The notes under the pieces: generated by a model
The model's database searches: none
Seen by the model: the letters and a program-made list of their open reading frames with translations, nothing else
Told to the model about the DNA's origin: nothing
Position numbers and translations under genes: made by a program
NCBI GenBank assembly: GCA_003598015.1
Contig: QZKE01000006.1
Coordinates: 3,188-67,187 of the forward strand
DNA length: 64,000 nt
Source of the DNA: Actinomycetota bacterium
GTDB taxonomy: Bacteria > Actinomycetota > Geothermincolia > Geothermincolales > RBG-13-55-18
Direction of reading: 5' to 3'
In this document: one piece after another, positions 56,168 through 64,000 of the stretch
Position numbering within the stretch: the first letter of the stretch is position 1
How the letters are laid out: each line of letters starts with the position of its first letter

Positions 56168-57031
56168 TCAGAGATCGAGCCAGGAGGTGATGACATCCCG
56201 CAGGATGGGAGCAGCCTCAGCCGCGGTATCCAACACCTCCCGGTGCGAAGTAGCATGTGGCCTACGCAGATCCCATACGTTAGTGATCACGCTCACCGCG
56301 GTAACGGAAATACCCAGGTAATGGGCCACCAGTGCCTCCGGCACCATGCTCATGGACACGGCATCCCCACCCACCAGGCGCATGTAGCGCAGCTCTGTGC
56401 CCGTCTCGTAGGTAGGTCCCGACACCGCCACGAGTACGCCGCCCTCCATGGGCCAGCCACGTGCTTTACCATTCTCCATAAGCGCGTCTCCCGACGGTTC
56501 GTCGTAGAGGGATGAGACGTCCAGAAACGCGGGGTTCCCTTCACCATCCCGCATTCCTCGCAGCGGGTTAGACCCCATGAGGTTGATGTGGTCGCGCACG
56601 AGCATCAGGCACCCGCGTTCGTAGACCGGGTTGAGGGCTCCGGCGGCATTGGCCATAAACACCTTCTCTATTCCCATCGCGGCCATGATCACGACCGGGA
56701 AGGTCACCGCCCCCATGTCCAGACCCTCGTAGTAATGGGGGCGCCCCTGTTGCACCATCACCACCGTCCCCCCGTAGCTGCCGCAGCACAGCTTACCCGC
56801 GTGGCCCGGGACGCTGCATGCCGGCCAGCCGGGTACTTCCCGGCAGTCGACCTCGCAGGTGCCTTCCAGCTGCGGGGTGGCTCCTCCCAGGCCGCTTCCC
56901 AGGACCACTCCCATGCGGGGAGCAGCAAGCCCTGTCTCGCGTAGAAGGGAGATCAAATAGCTCCGCGCCTCGCCTTCCATCATCCTCTGGTCTCCTCGCC
57001 CTACCGTGCCGGAACCGGTTTTCTTCGTCAC
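56168..57031 (-). CDS. Purine nucleoside phosphorylase (PNP/MTAP family)
   Basis: VLGSGLGG, GRPHYYEG, SMSMVPE. The start may be internal (56983). Confidence 0.88.
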   Translation of the reverse strand: MTKKTGSGTVGRGDQRMMEGEARSYLISLLRETGLAAPRMGVVLGSGLGGATPQLEGTCEVDCREVPGWPACSVPGHAGKLCCGSYGGTVVMVQQGRPHYYEGLDMGAVTFPVVIMAAMGIEKVFMANAAGALNPVYERGCLMLVRDHINLMGSNPLRGMRDGEGNPAFLDVSSLYDEPSGDALMENGKARGWPMEGGVLVAVSGPTYETGTELRYMRLVGGDAVSMSMVPEALVAHYLGISVTAVSVITNVWDLRRPHATSHREVLDTAAEAAPILRDVITSWLDL

Positions 57032-58101
57032 TCCTCGGCCATGCGCTCCTTGAGCAGAGCGATACTCTCCACGGGGGTGGGATCCACCCCGTTGAGCAAG
57101 GCCAGGTAACCGCTGACGAAGTCGCCGAGATGAATGGCGGAAAGCAGTCTTTCGGTACGCGTGCGCCCGCCAACGTGGATGACCGTCACTCCGCCCACCC
57201 TGTCCTGGAGGATCTCGGCGCTCACCTCCACCCGCTTGGCCACGCGCGAAGTGTCGCCCTCCTCCACCAGCATGATTATCTCCACCTTACGGGAGAAGTC
57301 ATTCTGCTCATACCACCCTACGATCTCGTTATGGTTCATCTCCGGAATGGTATGGTGGAACGCGGGGACCTTGGAATTCTCGTTGAACTGGCATTTCCAG
57401 CGATATGCGGCAACGGAAAGAATGCCGTACGTACCGTAGACAACCGGGATCTTGCCGTGCAGGCGTATAGCCAGCTGCTTGGCGAAATTCCTGGCCACGG
57501 GGGTCAAGCGGCCCCAATCCTCTCTCTTGCCCCGCAGGAAATCGGCGGTCTCGTAGGCTACTTTGACGAAACCCTGCAGCAATCCCATCTTTTCCAGGAC
57601 CGCTGCCGCCGGAAGGGACAGGTAAGGCAGGGCAGCCCGGGGCTGCAGTCCCGTGGGGACCATGATGGCGGGAAAGCGATATTTGCCCGCCATATCCAGT
57701 AACATTCCACCGGTGGTGATGGCCAGGATCTTGCATCCCAGGTATATTGCGTCCTCCAGTGCCGAGAGCGTCTCCTCGGTGTTGCCGGAATAGCTGGCGA
57801 AGATGGCCAGCGTGTCGGGACCCAGCAGGGAGGGCAGGCGGTAGGAGCGATACACCGAGATAGGCATGCCGACCGCATCCTCCAGAAGGGAACTGAGGAT
57901 ATCCCCACCGATGGCCGAACCGCCCATGCCCACATGCGCGATACGCGTTATGCCATCCTTGGGCGGTATTTCCTCCTGGTCCCGCCCCAGGCGCAGCGCT
58001 TCCGTGACCTGCTTCGAGAATGATTCGATGGCGGCGAGCATCCCGCCGGGATCTCTCTCCTCCAGCGACATCACGTCATCCAGGTTTATCGCCTCAACCA
58101 T
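57028..58101 (-). CDS. Bifunctional phosphoglucose/phosphomannose isomerase (SIS domains)
   Basis: GMGGSAIGGD, SYSGNTEET. ATG at 58101 with GAGGGGG upstream. The track start is 58182. Confidence 0.85.
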   Translation of the reverse strand: MVEAINLDDVMSLEERDPGGMLAAIESFSKQVTEALRLGRDQEEIPPKDGITRIAHVGMGGSAIGGDILSSLLEDAVGMPISVYRSYRLPSLLGPDTLAIFASYSGNTEETLSALEDAIYLGCKILAITTGGMLLDMAGKYRFPAIMVPTGLQPRAALPYLSLPAAAVLEKMGLLQGFVKVAYETADFLRGKREDWGRLTPVARNFAKQLAIRLHGKIPVVYGTYGILSVAAYRWKCQFNENSKVPAFHHTIPEMNHNEIVGWYEQNDFSRKVEIIMLVEEGDTSRVAKRVEVSAEILQDRVGGVTVIHVGGRTRTERLLSAIHLGDFVSGYLALLNGVDPTPVESIALLKERMAEE

Positions 58102-58270
58102 GTAAACCCCCTCTTCCGAAATCCTTCGGCGTATATGGTTATCTTCAACGCGGCTGCGAATAGAAATCCGCGAGGCGTGCAAGCCTGCCTATATTCTTCT
58201 CCCCATGCTGGTCACTGCCCTTCAGCACGGCTATGATAGAATTCTATCAGGTCAAGAGGAAGGGCAGATA

Positions 58271-59611
58271 ATGAGGGACGTAGATCCCGGGATATTCAAG
58301 GCATATGACGTGCGCGGCATCTACCCTGAGCAGATCGATGAAGAGGTGGCCTACCGCGTCGGCAGGGCTTTCGTGGCCTTTCTCGGAGAGGGGAAGATCG
58401 TCACCGGACGTGACATGCGGCTGTCTTCACCCGAGCTTTCCCGGGCCTTCATCTCGGGAGCCGTCGCCCAGGGTGCGGACGTGGCGGACATCGGGCTCTG
58501 CTCCACGGACATGCTCTATTTCGCCTCCGGAGTGCTGGACAGACCGGGGGCGATGTTCACCGCATCCCATAACCCCAAGGAGTACAACGGCCTCAAACTC
58601 TGCCGCCGCAAGGCGGGGCCGATAAGCATGGATACCGGCATAGTAGAGATCCGGGATCTGGTCCTGGGGGGCGAATTCCCGCAAGCGGGGAGCGCGGGTA
58701 CGGTGGAGGAGATGGACATGTTGCCGCGCTATGTGGACCACGTGCTCTCCTTTATCGATATCTCCTCCCTGCGCCCCTTGAAGGTGGTTGCTGACGCCGG
58801 CAACGGCATGGGCGGGCTTATCCTGCCAGCCCTCTTCGCCAGGTTGCCCTGCGAGCTCGTGCCCCATTGCTTCGAGCTCGATGGATCCTTCCCCCACCAT
58901 CAGCCCGACCCCATAAACCCCGAGAACATCCAGCTGCTATCGCAATGGGTATTGGAGGCCGCTGGGGATCTGGGCATGGCCTTCGACGGCGATGCCGATC
59001 GCGTTTTCCTCGTGGACGACAGGGGGGAGCCGGTCAGCGGTTCCCTCACCACCGCCATGGTCGCCCGGCGCATCCTCCAGACACATCCAGGCGAGAAGAT
59101 CATCTACAACTGCATCAACAGCTGGGTAGTCCCGGAGACCATCCGCGAGTACGGAGGAACACCTATCCGGGAAAGGGTGGGACATTCCTTCATCAAGCAG
59201 ACCATGGCGGAAACCGGGGCCGTGTTCGGGGGCGAGCACTCCGGCCATTATTATTTCAGGGATAATTACCGCGCTGACTCGGGTCTCATCGCGGCCATGT
59301 TCATCCTGGAGATAGTGAGCCTGGAGGACAGGCCCCTTTCCGAGATCCTCAAGCCGTTCAGGAAATACTACGCTTCCGGGGAGATCAACAGTCGCGTAGA
59401 GGATATTCCGGCCAAACTCGCCGAGATAGCCAGCCTCTACGCAGACGGAGATATGGACCGGCTGGATGGTATCAGCGTGGAGTTCGAGGACTGGTGGTTC
59501 AACGTGCGTCCATCCAACACGGAGCCGCTCATCCGGCTTAACCTCGAAGCCAGGACTCGTGATCTCATGGAAGCCAAACGCGACGAGGTTCTGGCGGTGA
59601 TCCGCTCCTGA
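58271..59611 (+). CDS. Phosphomannomutase/phosphoglucomutase
   Basis: FKAYDVRG, TASHNPKEYNG, FDGDADR, GGEHSGH. ATG at 58271 follows GAGGAAGGG. Confidence 0.92.
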   Translation: MRDVDPGIFKAYDVRGIYPEQIDEEVAYRVGRAFVAFLGEGKIVTGRDMRLSSPELSRAFISGAVAQGADVADIGLCSTDMLYFASGVLDRPGAMFTASHNPKEYNGLKLCRRKAGPISMDTGIVEIRDLVLGGEFPQAGSAGTVEEMDMLPRYVDHVLSFIDISSLRPLKVVADAGNGMGGLILPALFARLPCELVPHCFELDGSFPHHQPDPINPENIQLLSQWVLEAAGDLGMAFDGDADRVFLVDDRGEPVSGSLTTAMVARRILQTHPGEKIIYNCINSWVVPETIREYGGTPIRERVGHSFIKQTMAETGAVFGGEHSGHYYFRDNYRADSGLIAAMFILEIVSLEDRPLSEILKPFRKYYASGEINSRVEDIPAKLAEIASLYADGDMDRLDGISVEFEDWWFNVRPSNTEPLIRLNLEARTRDLMEAKRDEVLAVIRS

Positions 59612-60342
59612 TGGCGGCCATGCGCCGTTGCCTCATCGCTCTCCCGCTTGCGATGCTGCTGTTCGCGGGAGCTTATGGCTGCGGCAATCCTTACGGTAAA
59701 ACCGAATCGGCCTGGAGGGAGGAGGTCAACGCCTCCCTGGCAGCCCTCGAGGACTCCGCTCCTTACAGCTACGACATACATATCGAGACCTGGGTGGGCG
59801 TATCCGGACAGAGCGTATATGGAGACGAAAAAGGGGTGGGTGCATACGTGGACGGAGATTTCTCGGTCTCCATCCTGCGCACCTACCCCGCGGGCGAGGA
59901 AAACCTGGTCTATACTTCACTGCGGGGCATATCTTACCTGAGGGAGGGGGAGACATGGCGTCCCATCGATGCGCAAGAGGTCCCCAGCCCGCTTTATGAC
60001 CCCGAGCTCTTCACGGTGCTCGCCTCCGCCTACGGCTCCATATCCCTGGAGGGCGAAGAGGAACTCTCCGATGTACTGTGCCGGCGCTATCTCCTGCAAC
60101 TGGGACGGGAGAAGGCGCAGGAAGCCCTGCCGGAACGCGCCTGGTCGTATTTCTCGCCGCTGGACTTCGAGTTGAACTGCCGTATATGGGTCGCCGACGC
60201 CTCCACGCCGCCGCTCTCACTGCGCCTGGAGGTGATCGGTTTCGACCGCGAGGAAAGGCTGCAGCGCTATCGGGTCGTGGCCACCCTCAACCCGCATGAT
60301 TTCCGCTCCGAGGAGATCCAGCTGATGGAGCCCGGCGTCTGA
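59611..60342 (+). CDS. Hypothetical secreted/lipoprotein
   Basis: Signal peptide LAMLLFAGAYGCG. No recognised domain. The start overlaps the upstream stop. Confidence 0.65.
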   Translation: MAAMRRCLIALPLAMLLFAGAYGCGNPYGKTESAWREEVNASLAALEDSAPYSYDIHIETWVGVSGQSVYGDEKGVGAYVDGDFSVSILRTYPAGEENLVYTSLRGISYLREGETWRPIDAQEVPSPLYDPELFTVLASAYGSISLEGEEELSDVLCRRYLLQLGREKAQEALPERAWSYFSPLDFELNCRIWVADASTPPLSLRLEVIGFDREERLQRYRVVATLNPHDFRSEEIQLMEPGV

Positions 60343-60344
60343 TA

Positions 60345-61241
60345 CTATAGCGCGGCTTTCAACACCAGCACCGGCCGGTCGCTCTTACGGACCACCCTCT
60401 CCGTCACGCTTCCCAGAAGGTCCGCGGTGGCCCCGCGCCCCCCGAAAGCTCCCAGGATTACAAGGGACGCGTCCATCTCCTTCGCGTAGGCGAGTATGGC
60501 CGAGGGAGTGCTGCCGTTGACGACATCGAACCTGACACTCTCGCAGTAGTTGCCGAGTTCGTAACTCATCTCCTCCAGCTTCTCCATCTGCTCCTTGGCC
60601 TGCTCCTTCTTGTACTTGTCCAGGGGTTCGTACCCCATGTCACTCTTGCCCTCGACGACGTGCAGCAGGGTGATGGGCGTACACAAGGTCCTGGCCAGAT
60701 CCAGCAATACGGGCTTGACGCTGTCAGCGTACTTGGAGAAGTCGCTGGCCACAAGGATATTCCCGAACAGGGACGAGCAGGCATTCTCGCATGAAAAGCC
60801 CCCGTCATCCTTCAGGACCTTGCAGTGCTGGATCATCACCGAGCGATCCGAGAGCTTCAGCACCCTCTCGCTCACGCTGCCCAGGATGGCCCGGTTGAGG
60901 AATCCCTTGCCATGTGCTCCCAGAAAGATGAGGTTGGCGTCAACTTCCTTCGCCGCCTCCACGATCTCCGTGGACGGGCTGCCGTGTTTCAGCAGCTGTG
61001 TAACTTTCATACCCTCCGCTTCGAGCTGGCTCGCCAACTCGCCGAGGTGCTCTTCGGCAGCGCGCATCTCGGCTTCATAGGCCGGGTTCTTGTGGTCGCC
61101 GATTTCGGCGTGTTTTTTGGACTCCAGGACATAGACCAGGGCCACATCGTTGAGGCCTACCTGGGCAAGCTCGCCCGCGCAGCCGAGCAGCTTCTCCGTA
61201 TAGGGTGAGAAATCCACCGCGAAAAGCAGTTTCTGTGCCAT
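60345..61241 (-). CDS. Tandem universal stress protein (2x UspA domains)
   Basis: Two copies of ...LIFLGAHG / LVILGAFGGRG...GSVSERV / GSVTERV. Confidence 0.88.
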   Translation of the reverse strand: MAQKLLFAVDFSPYTEKLLGCAGELAQVGLNDVALVYVLESKKHAEIGDHKNPAYEAEMRAAEEHLGELASQLEAEGMKVTQLLKHGSPSTEIVEAAKEVDANLIFLGAHGKGFLNRAILGSVSERVLKLSDRSVMIQHCKVLKDDGGFSCENACSSLFGNILVASDFSKYADSVKPVLLDLARTLCTPITLLHVVEGKSDMGYEPLDKYKKEQAKEQMEKLEEMSYELGNYCESVRFDVVNGSTPSAILAYAKEMDASLVILGAFGGRGATADLLGSVTERVVRKSDRPVLVLKAAL

Positions 61242-61359
61242 GTTATCTCCCTTCTTCCTCGCTTGCTTTTCACTAGATATTATTGCTCCACATGCTGATT
61301 ATAAACCAGCCTCCGCCCCCGCCGGCGGGTTTGCGAGCAGTGCCCATAGCCTGCCGGCC

Positions 61360-62091
61360 TCAATAATAGACTTTCTCCAGGAACAGTCCACGCGGGGGCA
61401 GGGCCGGTCCGCTCCGCGAGTTGTCCCTGCTCTCCAGCACCTCGACAAAATACTCGACTGACCACCTGCCTCTTCCCACCTCCAGCAGGCTGCCGCAGAG
61501 CATGCGCATCATCATCCACACGAAAGCATTCGCTTTGATCCTGACGCAAAGCTCATCATCATGCTGCAGCAATTCCGCCTCGTATACCTCGCGTACGCTC
61601 GACTTTCCTTCTTCGCGGCGGGCAAAGGCCGCGAAGTCATGCGCTCCAACGACCGTTCCCAAGGCATCACCCATCGCATCCGCACTCAAGTCGCCGGGGA
61701 AATGATATGTGTACCTGCGCCGGAACGGCGACGGATATCCGCCTCGAAACACATAATAGGCGTATTCCCTGGCCGAAGCGCTGCGGCGCGCGTTGAACCC
61801 CTCTTCGGCTTCCTCGCATTCCCTGACCACGATATCGGGAGTGAGAAAGGCGTTCAATGCGGCGGGAAATCTCTCGAGAGACGGCTTGAGCGTGCCGAAG
61901 AAGTTCACCACCTGCCCGCGTGCATGGACTCCCGCGTCGGTCCTCCCCGCCGCATATATGGGTGAATCCAGCGTCGCCACAGCCGCCAGCGCTTCCTCCA
62001 GCGTCCCCTGCACCGTTGGTAAACCCGGCTGCTTCTGCCACCCCTTGTAGCCAGTCCCGTCGTATTGCAGCGTAAGCTTGTAATTTGGCAT
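61360..62091 (-). CDS. truA: tRNA pseudouridine(38-40) synthase
   Basis: YKLTLQYDGTGYKGWQ, catalytic GRTDAGVHA. Confidence 0.93.
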   Translation of the reverse strand: MPNYKLTLQYDGTGYKGWQKQPGLPTVQGTLEEALAAVATLDSPIYAAGRTDAGVHARGQVVNFFGTLKPSLERFPAALNAFLTPDIVVRECEEAEEGFNARRSASAREYAYYVFRGGYPSPFRRRYTYHFPGDLSADAMGDALGTVVGAHDFAAFARREEGKSSVREVYEAELLQHDDELCVRIKANAFVWMMMRMLCGSLLEVGRGRWSVEYFVEVLESRDNSRSGPALPPRGLFLEKVYY

Positions 62092-62398
62092 AAGACGATT
62101 CTACCTTACAAACCCTTTGAGGTGCGTTTCAGGAAAATCTTCACAGCCTGTTGCCAATGGCACTCTTTGCGTCCGGAATATACTTCCCCGAAGAGTCGGC
62201 AGCATACATTGCATATTCTGAGTGACAGCTTAAGAGAGAGGCTTTTTGCCGCATCTGTTCCGGTGATAGCCTGTCCAAGTCTCAGCATTTATTCTATAGC
62301 AGAAAGAGGGCCGCTGCCTTTCCGGGTCAAGATGATGATAAAATCGATTGGGGAAGGGGTTGGTATGCTTTCTTAGTGGACAGTGAAAGTGCTATTTT

Positions 62399-63010
62399 AT
62401 GGGACAAAAGGTCTTTACCATCGCTGAACCCTGGCGTTTCGTCTTGGATAACGCAAAGCGAAACTTAGTTTACCTATTAATGGTTGGGTTGATCCTCTTG
62501 TTGCCCCTGAACATACTCTATTATTTCCAGAGAGCTTTCATGGAGAGACGCTCGGGTGTCTATGAACTAGCGACCTTTGTTGCGTTTTTCCTGATTGCCA
62601 TGGTTTATGTGGCTTTCATCAAGATCGGGCTTCGCTTCGCCGCCGCAGAACAAGCAAACCTGTCGGACCTTTCTGATGCACTTTCTTATTATTGGCGTTA
62701 TTTATTGGGCTTATTTCTTTACAGTCTGATATTTATCGGGGGATTACTACTCTTGATCGTTCCCGGCATAATCTGGGCGGTCAAGTACCAGTTTTTCGGC
62801 TACTTCATCGTCGATAAAGGTATGAAGCCAGTCGAGGCGCTCACGAGAAGCGGCCAACTGACTATGGGAAAAAAGGGACAGATTCTTGCGTTCGACTTGG
62901 TCTTTTTGGCAATTGAAGCCATAATTGTTTGGCCGCTTTGGTTACTGTCAAAGACAGCTTCACAAATCATAGTGAACCGCCCCGACTTTCCTGGAGGCTC
63001 CATAGTCTGA
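62399..63010 (+). CDS. Low-GC polytopic membrane protein whose 3' end appears replaced by IS sequence
   Basis: 203-aa ORF with 4-5 TM helices. The last ~12 codons (from 62973) lie in GC-rich IS-end DNA. Confidence 0.6.
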   Translation: MGQKVFTIAEPWRFVLDNAKRNLVYLLMVGLILLLPLNILYYFQRAFMERRSGVYELATFVAFFLIAMVYVAFIKIGLRFAAAEQANLSDLSDALSYYWRYLLGLFLYSLIFIGGLLLLIVPGIIWAVKYQFFGYFIVDKGMKPVEALTRSGQLTMGKKGQILAFDLVFLAIEAIIVWPLWLLSKTASQIIVNRPDFPGGSIV

Positions 63011-63022
63011 GAGGATGGAGCC

Positions 63023-64000
<978 letters not shown>

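Overview
High-GC (about 60-65 percent by eye) bacterial chromosome segment, almost entirely coded on the minus strand. Positions 22.2-62.1 kb are a housekeeping backbone whose gene order closely matches the actinobacterial/mycobacterial arrangement: truA, rplM-rpsI-glmM-glmS, acpS-nnr, alr, tsaE-tsaB-rimI-tsaD, groES-groEL, guaB3, guaA. The GroEL and GuaB3 sequences are also actinobacterial in style. This backbone carries several insertions: a 13 kb block between alr and tsaE that includes a plus-strand envelope-glycosylation cluster, a low-GC membrane-protein gene between groES and tsaD, and an IS3-family element at the right edge. Positions 1-21.8 kb are an accessory island downstream of guaA and are the most interesting part. 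It holds a 12.4 kb gene for a 4120-aa Sec/lipoprotein-signal Rhs/YD-repeat polymorphic toxin. Its domains run DUF11, 7 RCC1 blades, an Ig-like array, a beta-propeller and the Rhs cage, ending in a low-GC Tlde1/L,D-transpeptidase-like tip. A WG-repeat lipoprotein gene (candidate immunity) follows. Then come two orphan cassettes, each a roughly 2.5 kb copy of the Rhs core 3' end fused to a different low-GC toxin tip. One tip is unrecognisable (helical plus Gly/Tyr-rich beta region) and is followed by a zinc-ribbon membrane protein. The other has lysozyme/SLT-like motifs and runs off the window. No rRNA, tRNA or CRISPR array was found. The many long plus-strand ORFs in the track are GC-rich antisense artefacts.
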